Source of the DNA: Bacteroidales bacterium
GTDB taxonomy: Bacteria > Bacteroidota > Bacteroidia > Bacteroidales > VadinHA17
Assembly: GCA_029210565.1 (NCBI GenBank)
Contig: JARGFQ010000010.1
Coordinates: forward strand, 2,252-66,251
Length of the DNA stretch: 64,000 nucleotides
Direction: 5' to 3'
The position numbers and the translations under genes are program-made. Within the stretch, counting starts at the first letter, position 1, and every line of letters starts with the position of its first letter. The notes beneath the pieces were generated by a model. The model was given only the letters and a program-made list of their open reading frames with translations, was not told the origin of the DNA and searched no databases. Below, piece by piece: positions 1 through 8,555 of this stretch.

Positions 1-96
1 ACCGACGGAAAAAGCATACGCCTGCCTGTCCGCCTGCTCGACCGCGATAAGCGCCGGGCTATACGCAAATTCCTGAAGGAGAATACGGGCATGTGA
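1..96 (+). CDS. 3' end of a CDS cut by the window edge; paralogue of the next gene (small membrane / PH-like protein)
   Basis: Frame 1 reads TDGKSIRLPVRLLDRDKRRAIRKFLKENTGM*. This aligns with the C-terminus NGRIVRLPTGMLEFSEKRAVRKFLKETTGF* of 168..578. Confidence 0.5.
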   Translation, partial: TDGKSIRLPVRLLDRDKRRAIRKFLKENTGM

Positions 97-167
97 CCCG
101 CCAGTCCTGCACTCCGCATCCTGTTCGCACAATTTAATTACCTTTGCATCAGGGAAACGATTATGTG

Positions 168-578
168 ATGAAACAACTGGTACTGCGTAATACCATATAT
201 GAAAGAGTATACCGCTCCCTGGGGGTGGTATGCATGGTGATGGTCATCGTGATAATCATTACAGGCGACAAATCAGAGTGGCCGTTCTGGGTACAGATTA
301 TCTCCCTGCTGCTGCTGGGCCTGGCTTTCCTCAGCCTCAACTTCGGCACCCTGGTCAACAGACTGACAGTCGACAAGGGAGAGCTGACAGTCAGATGGTA
401 CACCAAACCCGGACGGATTAATATTCCGATACATGAGATCGATGAGATACTCGCCAACGAGAACTTCGTCCGTATCATCATGAAAAACGGCAGGATCGTC
501 CGCCTCCCGACCGGCATGCTCGAGTTCAGTGAAAAAAGAGCCGTGCGCAAGTTCCTCAAAGAGACAACGGGATTCTGA
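168..578 (+). CDS. hypothetical small membrane protein (2 TM helices plus a soluble C-terminal domain)
   Basis: The ORF track gives 144..578, starting at TTG. The first ATG is at 168 (MKQLVL). Two hydrophobic segments (GVVCMVMVIVIIITG, VQIISLLLLGLAFLSL) are followed by a beta-rich domain. Confidence 0.6.
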   Translation: MKQLVLRNTIYERVYRSLGVVCMVMVIVIIITGDKSEWPFWVQIISLLLLGLAFLSLNFGTLVNRLTVDKGELTVRWYTKPGRINIPIHEIDEILANENFVRIIMKNGRIVRLPTGMLEFSEKRAVRKFLKETTGF

Positions 579-583
579 ATCGT

Positions 584-3004
584 ATGCGCACATCTCTCCC
601 CCTCTCTCTTCTTCTGCTCCTACTGACTGTGACGGCTGCCGCACAGAAGGTGACTGTCAGCGGATATGTCACCGACGCCAACAGCGGCGAGCGGATGATA
701 GACGCAACGGTCTATGAGAAGGAATCATTTGCCGGGACCACCACCAACAGCTACGGATTCTTCAGCCTGACACTCACCGCGGGTAAAAACCTGATTGTGG
801 TTTCATACCTGGGCTATGACCCCATAACCACCGAGGTAACACTCACGGGCGATACTGTGATGAACTTCAGCCTGACCATGTCGTCGAGCGAGATAGACGC
901 CGTCACCGTCACGGCCTCACGCCGCCAGTCGGTGATAGAGAGCCCGCAGATGAGCATGATAGACATACCGGTTGAGAAGTTCATAAAGCTGCCTGTGATC
1001 TTCGGCGAGGCCGACGTGCTGAAGGTCATCCAGTTGCTTCCCGGTGTGCAGTCGGGCACCGAAGGGTCAACAGGAATCTATGTCCGCGGTGGAGGTCCCG
1101 ACCAAAACCTCTTCCTGCTCGACGGTGTGCCGGTATACAACGCCAGCCACCTCTTCGGCTTCATGTCAGTGTTCAATCCCGATGCCGTAAAATCGGTGCA
1201 GCTGTACAAGGGCGGATTCCCGGCACGGTACGGGGAACGGCTATCCTCGGTGGTTGACATACGCATGAAAGAGGGTAACATGAAGGAGCTGCACGGCAAC
1301 TTCGCCATAGGGTTGATATCATCGAAGCTGTCGCTTGAGGGGCCGATCATCAAAGACAAGACCTCGTTTATCCTCTCTGCACGCCGCACCTACTACGATG
1401 TACTGGCACAGCCGTTCATTCTGGCTATGAACAAGGATGAGAACTCCTGGACCACCGGGGGATACTATTTCTATGACCTCAATGCGAAGATAAACCATGA
1501 GTTTTCGGAGAGAAGCCGTCTCTATCTCAGTTCATACCTCGGCAGGGACAGGGCATATACCCGGAGCACCGATAAGCCCAACTACTATGACGGCAGCTAT
1601 GACAGGTACGAATACAAAGAGAGCTATGGTTTGGGATGGGGAAACATCATCAACGCCCTCAGATGGAACTACCTCATCACCAACCGGCTGTTCAGCAACA
1701 CCACCCTTACCTACAGTAAGTACAACTTCGATGTAACCATAGAATCATCGTCAGAGAACCTCACCACCAAAGAGAAGGAGATTGACTATTTCAAGTATTA
1801 TTCAGGGATTGAGGACCTGGGTGCGAAGATCGACTTTGACTGGTACCCCGCCTCCGGCCACTCGGTAAGGTTCGGTACAGGATATACATGGCACCACTTC
1901 AAGCCGGGGGTGACGACCTTCAGGTATGATTCGATGTATGACGACGAAGGTATCGATACAATCATAGGAGACATGAGGGTCAGGGCCAACGAACTTATCC
2001 TCTATGCAGAGGACAACTTTGACATCAGCCCGCGCATCAAGATGAACGCCGGCATACGCCTGTCGCTCTTCAATGTCCAGGATACCAGCTATTTTGTCTT
2101 CCAGCCCCGTCTATCGCTGCGGTACCTGGCAACGGATGACCTCTCCTTCAAGGTCTCGTACAGCAAGATGGCGCAGTTTGTACACCTGCTGACAACCTCG
2201 ACCATCAGTCTGCCAACAGACCTGTGGCTGCCGGTGACACGCCGGTTCGAGCCGCCCATATCGCATCAGGTGGCTGCCGGCTCAGCCTTCAGGATTCCCG
2301 GCAACCTTGAGATGACGGTTGAAGCCTTTTATAAAACCATGGACAACCTCATTGAATATAAGGAGGGGGCCTTCTTTGGAGGCACGGGAGCAGGATGGGA
2401 GTCGAAGGTGGAGAAAGGCAGGGGATGGGCCTATGGCGCAGAGGTGCTGCTGGAGAAAAACTACGGCAAGCTGACGGGATGGATAGGCTACACCATGTCG
2501 TGGACCTACCGTCAGTTTGACAACCTGAACTTCGGTAAAACATTCCCGGCAAAGTATGACCGCAGGCATGACATCAGCGTGGCGTTGACACACAAGTTCA
2601 GCGAGAGGGTCGATGCCGGGCTGGTATGGGTCTTCGGCACGGGCAATGCCGCCACACTGGGCGTTATGGAATATCCGCCACAGGAGTTTACGGACGCATA
2701 CTACTATTATACCAACGTAACGGACTTCCCGGGACGAAACAACTACCGCACTCCCTCATACCACAGGCTTGACCTGGGGGTTAACCTGCACAAGGTCAAA
2801 AAGAGAGGTACCCGCACATGGAGCTTCTCATTCTATAACGCATACTGCCGCCTGAACCCCTTCTTCATATACTGGGGATCGGAATATCACGAGGAGCCCG
2901 ACCCCAACAATCCCGGCCAGATGCTCTATTACACCAAGCCTGTGCTCAAGAAGATCAGTGTCTTCCCGATCATCCCATCAGTTTCATATTCATTTAAATT
3001 CTGA
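584..3004 (+). CDS. TonB-dependent outer-membrane receptor with N-terminal CarboxypepD_reg-like domain
   Basis: Signal peptide MRTSLPLSLLLLLLTVTAAAQ. CarboxypepD_reg-like VSGYVTDANSGERMIDATVY. Plug region FGEADVLKVIQLLPGVQSG..GIYVRGGGPDQNLFLLDGVPVYN. Long beta-barrel ending in ...SYSFKF. Confidence 0.9.
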   Translation: MRTSLPLSLLLLLLTVTAAAQKVTVSGYVTDANSGERMIDATVYEKESFAGTTTNSYGFFSLTLTAGKNLIVVSYLGYDPITTEVTLTGDTVMNFSLTMSSSEIDAVTVTASRRQSVIESPQMSMIDIPVEKFIKLPVIFGEADVLKVIQLLPGVQSGTEGSTGIYVRGGGPDQNLFLLDGVPVYNASHLFGFMSVFNPDAVKSVQLYKGGFPARYGERLSSVVDIRMKEGNMKELHGNFAIGLISSKLSLEGPIIKDKTSFILSARRTYYDVLAQPFILAMNKDENSWTTGGYYFYDLNAKINHEFSERSRLYLSSYLGRDRAYTRSTDKPNYYDGSYDRYEYKESYGLGWGNIINALRWNYLITNRLFSNTTLTYSKYNFDVTIESSSENLTTKEKEIDYFKYYSGIEDLGAKIDFDWYPASGHSVRFGTGYTWHHFKPGVTTFRYDSMYDDEGIDTIIGDMRVRANELILYAEDNFDISPRIKMNAGIRLSLFNVQDTSYFVFQPRLSLRYLATDDLSFKVSYSKMAQFVHLLTTSTISLPTDLWLPVTRRFEPPISHQVAAGSAFRIPGNLEMTVEAFYKTMDNLIEYKEGAFFGGTGAGWESKVEKGRGWAYGAEVLLEKNYGKLTGWIGYTMSWTYRQFDNLNFGKTFPAKYDRRHDISVALTHKFSERVDAGLVWVFGTGNAATLGVMEYPPQEFTDAYYYYTNVTDFPGRNNYRTPSYHRLDLGVNLHKVKKRGTRTWSFSFYNAYCRLNPFFIYWGSEYHEEPDPNNPGQMLYYTKPVLKKISVFPIIPSVSYSFKF

Positions 3005-3011
3005 GAGAGAG

Positions 3012-4052
3012 ATGAAGAAGCTGATAATATACTTACCGATTATAGTGTTAATGCTGGTCACGGCAGGTGCGTGCGAAAGTGAGATAAAGTTCAAAGGGTC
3101 GGAGGTTGAACCGATGATAGTCATCTACTCACTGCTCAATCCTGACAGCCTGGTTACCGTAACCATCGCAGAGAGCCATGCTGTCTTTGAGTCCCGTTAC
3201 GAGCCACGGCAGATAACCAATGCATCGGTGCGCCTTTACCGCGACGGCGAGCTGATTGAGACACTGACATATGTGCCTGTTACGACTTTGCCTGACTATT
3301 ATCCTGCCGACCGTTTTTCACGGTATGTGTCGCTCAGCCATAAACCTGTTCATGGCAGCACCTACCGCATTGAGGTCGATGTTGACGGGCTGGAGAGTGC
3401 ATGGGGTGAGACCAGGCTACCCGAACCCGTGCCTGTCATAAGCGTTGACACCGGTTCCGTGATAATTGAGGAGTATTCAGGAGAGGTAAAAATCAAGGTG
3501 AAGTTTCGTGACCCGGCTGACACTGACAATTACTACAGGCTGACAGCCAAAGCATTGACCGGTACTTATCTCGGCAACCTCAATGAGCCCTACGATCCCT
3601 CCTTCCCGGTGACCGTATATAACAGTGACATAGGCTACGGGGCACTCAGCGAACCCCTTATTGCACCGCAGCAGGAGGATGACCTGTTCGGGATGTACCT
3701 GCAGAACGACTTCTACCTGTTCATGGATGAGCTTATTGACGGGAAAGAGTACAGTCTGACACTGGCCTACAGCTATCCCGGACCTCTGGCAATTGATCAT
3801 TATGAATTCATCCACGCCTATTTCAGTCTCCACACGATAACGAAGGATGTTTACCTCTACCTCCTGTCGTACTCGGCCCAGAGGCAGACGATAGACAATT
3901 TCCTTGCAGAACCGGTACCGGTATACACAAATATCACCGGCGGACTGGGAGTGGTGGGAGCAGTGTCGGTCTCCACCGATACACTGAAGACAGGAGAGTA
4001 TCCGGTGGAGGGCGTATATTACGATTACCAGGCGTATTACAATATCAAATAG
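3012..4052 (+). CDS. DUF4249-like lipoprotein (usual partner of CarboxypepD_reg TonB receptors)
   Basis: Internal ATG at 3012 gives the lipoprotein signal MKKLIIYLPIIVLMLVTAGAC. The gene lies immediately downstream of the receptor and overlaps its end, a pairing typical of Bacteroidota. Confidence 0.65.
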   Translation: MKKLIIYLPIIVLMLVTAGACESEIKFKGSEVEPMIVIYSLLNPDSLVTVTIAESHAVFESRYEPRQITNASVRLYRDGELIETLTYVPVTTLPDYYPADRFSRYVSLSHKPVHGSTYRIEVDVDGLESAWGETRLPEPVPVISVDTGSVIIEEYSGEVKIKVKFRDPADTDNYYRLTAKALTGTYLGNLNEPYDPSFPVTVYNSDIGYGALSEPLIAPQQEDDLFGMYLQNDFYLFMDELIDGKEYSLTLAYSYPGPLAIDHYEFIHAYFSLHTITKDVYLYLLSYSAQRQTIDNFLAEPVPVYTNITGGLGVVGAVSVSTDTLKTGEYPVEGVYYDYQAYYNIK

Positions 4053-4129
4053 ACCCCGGATCAACACACTGGCCTGCCCCGGGTCGCCTCACTTCACCGG
4101 CCGGCAATGGGTCACCTCACCCTCCCTGT

Positions 4130-4355
4130 CCGGATAAACCTGCAAGGAAGCCATCCTGCCTTTTCTCGCCAGCCCGCCCCGGATCAACTCGCAAAGTAAC
4201 CATCCCGGCTCTTCTCACGGGCCTGCCGCCTTGGTTAACAGTAGCTTAACATATTTCTTATTCGTCTCATGTGACTATTACCCTGATTCCCCAACCCGCC
4301 CAGTCCCGGATCAACCCGCAAGGCAGAAATCCCGCCTTTCCTAACTTGCCTGCCG
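4130..4355. repeat. degenerate ~50-bp intergenic repeat units with core CCGGAT(C/A)AAC..GCAAGG..ATCC..GCCTTT..GCCTGCC
   Basis: Units start at 4130, 4179 and 4306. A truncated copy (CCGGATCAAC only) lies at 4056. No credible ORF covers the region. Confidence 0.7.
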
Positions 4356-4396
4356 AAAAAAACCGATAATATTTTGCCGTTTGAAATATTAATGTT

Positions 4397-4425
4397 TACT
4401 TTGTATCGCAAAGTACTACAAAGTA
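4397..4425 (+). promoter_or_regulatory. palindromic operator candidate TACTTTG-N5-CAAAGTA plus an extra CAAAGTA half-site, just upstream of ATG 4431
   Basis: TACTTTG at 4397..4403, spacer TATCG, CAAAGTA at 4409..4415, third CAAAGTA at 4419..4425. The same palindrome recurs at 5375..5393. Confidence 0.55.
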
Positions 4426-4430
4426 AAGTC

Positions 4431-5066
4431 ATGAACCAGTCAGATCCGCATATTGAAGATATTCAGGCCATCAGGAAGTTAATGGAGGCCTCATCCAGGT
4501 TTTTGTCGCTCAGCGGCTTATCGGGCATTGTAGCCGGGTTCCTGGGTCTTGCAGGGGCTTTAGCAGCACAGATCCTCATCACAAAGATCTCCGCTCCGGC
4601 CGACTGGTATGTGAGGCCTTTTGCCGAGGGCCCGGACGGGTACCGTGAGTTTCTTCCGCTGGTGGCAGTGATGGCGGCGGTGCTGTTACTGGCTTTCACC
4701 GGGGCTGTAATTTTCTCATCGCGCAAGGCCAGGAAGAGCGGCCACAGGGCATGGACGCCCGTGACCCGCAGGATGCTGGCAAGCCTGCTCATCCCTCTGG
4801 GCACAGGCGGGCTATTCATACTGCTGACCGTAGCTACCGTGCCTGCCGGTGTGACGGTGGCTTCAACACTGATTTTCTACGGGCTGGCCGTGGTCAGCGC
4901 AGGCAAATTTACCTTCGGGGAGATACACTGGCTGGGAGTGCTTATGGTGATAACCGGCCTGGTATGCCTGGCTCTGCCTCAATACTGTATTATCATCTGG
5001 GCCTTTGGATTTGGCCTGCTGCATATAGGCTACGGCCTCTTCATGCATCTCAGATACAGGGGATGA
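4431..5066 (+). CDS. hypothetical polytopic inner-membrane protein, first gene of a membrane-protein/regulator pair
   Basis: About 5 hydrophobic helices. ATG at 4431 (MNQSDPH) sits just after a promoter/palindrome. The stop overlaps the next start (ATGA at 5063-5066). Confidence 0.6.
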   Translation: MNQSDPHIEDIQAIRKLMEASSRFLSLSGLSGIVAGFLGLAGALAAQILITKISAPADWYVRPFAEGPDGYREFLPLVAVMAAVLLLAFTGAVIFSSRKARKSGHRAWTPVTRRMLASLLIPLGTGGLFILLTVATVPAGVTVASTLIFYGLAVVSAGKFTFGEIHWLGVLMVITGLVCLALPQYCIIIWAFGFGLLHIGYGLFMHLRYRG

Positions 5067-5359
5067 AGACGATACTTACAAACTTCAACAAGGCGTTTGA
5101 AAGCCGGGTTCGACTGGGAATAATGTCGGTGCTAGCGGTCAACAGCAGCATGGACTTCACGGGACTGAAGGAGACGCTGGAGGTGACCGACGGCAACCTG
5201 GCAAGCCACCTGAGAGCACTCGAGGATGCCGGATATATCATCATGGAGAAAAGCTTCATAAACCGTAAGCCAAATACGCGGTATACCATAACCGAAGAAG
5301 GACTCGACAGTTTCAACAGCCACCTTCAGGCCCTGGAGGAACTGATCAATAAAAAATAA
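5063..5359 (+). CDS. small winged-helix (HTH_34/ArsR-like) transcriptional regulator
   Basis: 98 aa. RVRLGIMSVLAVNSSMDFTGLKETLEVTDGNLASHLRALEDAGYI is a typical wHTH. Translationally coupled to the upstream membrane protein and located upstream of creD. Confidence 0.75.
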   Translation: MKTILTNFNKAFESRVRLGIMSVLAVNSSMDFTGLKETLEVTDGNLASHLRALEDAGYIIMEKSFINRKPNTRYTITEEGLDSFNSHLQALEELINKK

Positions 5360-5374
5360 TTTTTTTTAATTCAT

Positions 5375-5393
5375 AACTTTGAAATACAAAGTA
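5375..5393 (+). promoter_or_regulatory. palindromic operator candidate AACTTTG-N5-CAAAGTA overlapping a TAACTTTG -7 promoter box, upstream of creD
   Basis: AACTTTG at 5375..5381, spacer AAATA, CAAAGTA at 5387..5393. TAACTTTG (5374..5381) matches the Bacteroidota TAnnTTTG -7 consensus. The creD ATG is at 5414. Confidence 0.55.
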
Positions 5394-5413
5394 CTTTTAT
5401 AAAAACAGATAAA

Positions 5414-6715
5414 ATGGAAAATGAAAATGCAACACAGGAAAAGTGGTATCAGTCGATGACCGTCAAGATGGTTTTACTGGGAATTTTGGGACTCATGCTT
5501 ATGATCCCGCTGGTTCTGATAATGGAGGTGATAAGGGAGCGTTCCCAGAATGCGGAGAGTGCCCGTGCGGAAATTGGCAACCTATGGGCCTCCTCGCAGA
5601 CAGTCACCGGTCCGGTGCTGAATGTACCCGGCACAAAAATCATCGCTGATGACGGCAGGTATGTAACGACCACGATGCATATACTGCCTGACGATCTTAA
5701 GGTAAACGGTGTGCTTGTACCTGAGATCCGCTACAGGGGCATCTATGAGACCGTGGTTTATACCTCTGAACTGGAGCTCTCCGGCAGCTTCTCACTAACC
5801 GGCTACGATGAGTTCAATGATTATACCTGGCAGTGGGACAAGGCCTATATCTCACTGGGTGTCTCAGATAACAAGGGCATCAGCGACCAGGCTGACCTCA
5901 CCATCGGAGGCAGGGTCATCAGTGCCCGCCCTGGGGCAGTCCAGACTGATCTGTTTGATAAGGGCATCTCCTTCCCACTTCCTCTTGAAGCCTCGCAGGA
6001 CATTGAGTTCAGGGGCGATTTCACCATCAGTCTCGGCCTGAGGGGCACTGGCAGCATCGCCTTCGCGCCGGTGGGCAAGAGCACCGGGGTGAGCCTGACC
6101 TCGGAGTGGGAGGCCCCGAAGTTCACAGGCAGCTTCCTCCCTGCAGAACGGGAGGTGACTGACACCGGCTTTACAGCCTCATGGACGGTCACACATCTAA
6201 ACAGGAGCTTCCCCCAGGTATGGACCGGAAAGAATTATGTCCCGTCAGACGATGCCTTCGGCGTCGACCTGATAATGGAGTCTGACCATTACACCAAGGC
6301 TGAGCGGAGTGCCAAGTACGGACTTCTCTTTATTGCGCTGACATTCCTGGTGCTGATAATTATAGAGCTGCGGTCTGAAAAGAGGGTCCATATCTTCTAT
6401 TATCTGCTGGTAGCCCTGGCACTGATACTCTTCTTTTCGCTGTTAACCGCACTCAGCGAACATATCGGGTTCAACCCGGCATACCTGATATCCTCGGCAG
6501 CCACCATCGGCCTGCTGACGGCCTTCTTCGGGTCGCTGCTGAAGAAAAGGTGGATGGTGCTGCTGATAAGCGGACTGCTGACTGTGCTGTACCTCTTCAT
6601 CTTCTTCCTGCTGGCGATGAAGGACTATGCCTTCCTGGCAGGCAATATCGGGCTGTTTGTGCTGCTGGCCGTGCTGATGCTGGTCTCGGCTAAGTACAGG
6701 CTGTTCAGGGAGTAG
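5414..6715 (+). CDS. creD: cell-envelope integrity inner-membrane protein CreD
   Basis: N-terminal TM helix, a large periplasmic domain, then about 5 C-terminal TM helices. The N-terminus (KMVLLGILGLMLMIPLVLIMEVIRERSQN...A..I...W...QT..GPVL) is the CreD family signature. Confidence 0.8.
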   Translation: MENENATQEKWYQSMTVKMVLLGILGLMLMIPLVLIMEVIRERSQNAESARAEIGNLWASSQTVTGPVLNVPGTKIIADDGRYVTTTMHILPDDLKVNGVLVPEIRYRGIYETVVYTSELELSGSFSLTGYDEFNDYTWQWDKAYISLGVSDNKGISDQADLTIGGRVISARPGAVQTDLFDKGISFPLPLEASQDIEFRGDFTISLGLRGTGSIAFAPVGKSTGVSLTSEWEAPKFTGSFLPAEREVTDTGFTASWTVTHLNRSFPQVWTGKNYVPSDDAFGVDLIMESDHYTKAERSAKYGLLFIALTFLVLIIIELRSEKRVHIFYYLLVALALILFFSLLTALSEHIGFNPAYLISSAATIGLLTAFFGSLLKKRWMVLLISGLLTVLYLFIFFLLAMKDYAFLAGNIGLFVLLAVLMLVSAKYRLFRE

Positions 6716-6916
6716 CCTGCATCATTTGGCGGGGAAAGACTGGCCCTTGCGGAAGTAATCAATTCATTGACGGAGTTATCCCTTCAGCATGAGGGGAGCC
6801 ACCATGCATCACCCTTCCCCCTCTCCCGGGGGAGGGGTGAAATGGCATTGGCGGTGTATTATGTATTCTGATGATTTTGAAGTAAATTACGGGTTTGTAT
6901 TAAAACGGCTGTTCAC

Positions 6917-8551
6917 ATGATACTCAAGCGGTATATTGAAGAGGATGATGATCAGACATTTGACCTGGTAATCGTCGGTGGCGGCATCACCGGAGCGGCG
7001 GTGGCCTATATCGCTGCCGCCCGCAGCCTCTCTGTCGCCCTTTTTGAAGGGAAGGACTACGGCGGGGCCACCTCTGCTGCCACCTCGAAGCTGATCCACG
7101 GCGGACTGAGGTATCTCGCCAACGGTGAGCTTAAGCTGGTGCGTGAGTCGTTGCGTGAGCGCAGGATCCTCGGCAACATCGCCCCCAATTTTGTATACCC
7201 GCTGCCGTTCCTGCTGCCGATGTACAAGCGGTGGAAGGGAAATATCTGGAAGATGCTCGCGGGCATGTACATATATGATGCCCTGTCGTATGATAAGAAA
7301 GATACCTGGGACAAAAGCAAGAAACTGCAGAATCACAGGCTCATCCCCCGCAGGAAGACCGTCAGGCTGGAGCCGAACCTGAAGATGGAGGATCTCAGAA
7401 ACGCCTTCTACTTCTTCGACTATCAGAGCATCTTCCCCGAGAGACTCACGCTGGCGTTCATCAAATCGGCGGCGGAGTACGGAGCAAAGGTATCCAACTA
7501 CACACCTGTGGAGGGATTTGTATTCGGTGAAGGAAACAGGATCACCGGCGTAAAGGTCCGGGACTCCTTCACGGGATCAGAGAAGGAGGTCAGAGGGAGG
7601 CTGGTGGTCAACTGCGGCGGCACCTGGGCTGATGAGATACTCAATCTTGCTGCCGGGAAGGATATGCCGGAACACAGGGTGAAGCGCTCCGAGGGGATTC
7701 ACATCATAACAAAGAAGATTGCCGGCCATCATGTGGTATCGCTTCAAAAGAGCGACGGCGGTCATATGATGATCATGCCATGGCGCGATCATTCGCTTAT
7801 CGGTACCACCGATAAGGAGTACTTCGGCGACCCTGACGACTACAGGGTATCAGAGGAGAGCATTGACGAGATCATTAACAACGTGAATGAGAACTTCGGC
7901 CGTAAGATCTCACGGTCCGATATCATCCATGCCTACGGTGGGCTGCGCCCGTTGGTTGACGACCAGACGAAGGGATCATATGAGACATCGAGAAAGTATG
8001 AGGTATACGACAATGCCAATGACGGCATTGAAGGGATGATCACCGTCGAGGGCGGCAAATATACTACCAGCAGGAGCCTGGCACGTGAGGTGCTCAGGCA
8101 GATCTCGGCGAAGCTTGAGAGGACCCTCTCCGACTCTGTCTCCGACAACCTATATCTCTCCGGATGCGAGATAAGGGATATGCGGCAGTTCATGATCAGG
8201 CAGCATCTTAACTACACGGACTTCAGCCGCAATACGGTGGAGTATGTCAGCAGGAATTACGGCACGGAGAGCAGGATTGTCTTCCAGATCGCCAGGGATG
8301 AGCCACGTTATGCAGAGGTGATAAGCCATGACGGAGAGATACTTGCCGAGGTGGTCTATGCTGTAATCTATGAAAGTGCACGGACACTCAGGGACATCAT
8401 GCTGCGCAGGACCGGCACGGGCACCCTGGGCAACCCGGGCAGAGAGATCATTGACAGGATCGCCTCGGTGGCGGCAGAGCTTCTGGGCTGGGATCAAAAG
8501 CGCCGGGAGGAGGAGACAGCTTCGGTCCTTAAGGAATATGAGCTATATTAG
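6917..8551 (+). CDS. FAD-dependent glycerol-3-phosphate dehydrogenase/oxidase (GlpD/GlpA family)
   Basis: Dinucleotide fold DLVIVGGGITGAAVAY. GGATSAATSKLIHGGLRYL motif. Length 544 aa with a helical C-terminal domain. Confidence 0.85.
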   Translation: MILKRYIEEDDDQTFDLVIVGGGITGAAVAYIAAARSLSVALFEGKDYGGATSAATSKLIHGGLRYLANGELKLVRESLRERRILGNIAPNFVYPLPFLLPMYKRWKGNIWKMLAGMYIYDALSYDKKDTWDKSKKLQNHRLIPRRKTVRLEPNLKMEDLRNAFYFFDYQSIFPERLTLAFIKSAAEYGAKVSNYTPVEGFVFGEGNRITGVKVRDSFTGSEKEVRGRLVVNCGGTWADEILNLAAGKDMPEHRVKRSEGIHIITKKIAGHHVVSLQKSDGGHMMIMPWRDHSLIGTTDKEYFGDPDDYRVSEESIDEIINNVNENFGRKISRSDIIHAYGGLRPLVDDQTKGSYETSRKYEVYDNANDGIEGMITVEGGKYTTSRSLAREVLRQISAKLERTLSDSVSDNLYLSGCEIRDMRQFMIRQHLNYTDFSRNTVEYVSRNYGTESRIVFQIARDEPRYAEVISHDGEILAEVVYAVIYESARTLRDIMLRRTGTGTLGNPGREIIDRIASVAAELLGWDQKRREEETASVLKEYELY

Positions 8552-8555
8552 GAGC

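Noticed and set aside
6820-6846. GC-rich hairpin CCCCTCTCCCGGGGGAGGGG ~110 nt after creD as a rho-independent terminator
   Set aside because: The stem is plausible, but no U-tract follows and it is far from the stop codon. Support is too weak to list it as a feature.
8370-8555. N-terminal extension of the AGPS-like ORF (604 aa in the ORF track) overlapping glpD by 180 bp
   Set aside because: The extension is Arg/Ser/Pro-rich nonsense in the shadow of the GlpD-like C-terminus. The ATG at 8556, 5 nt after the upstream stop, gives a sensible N-terminus (MERENTYRHILKWGDKRE).
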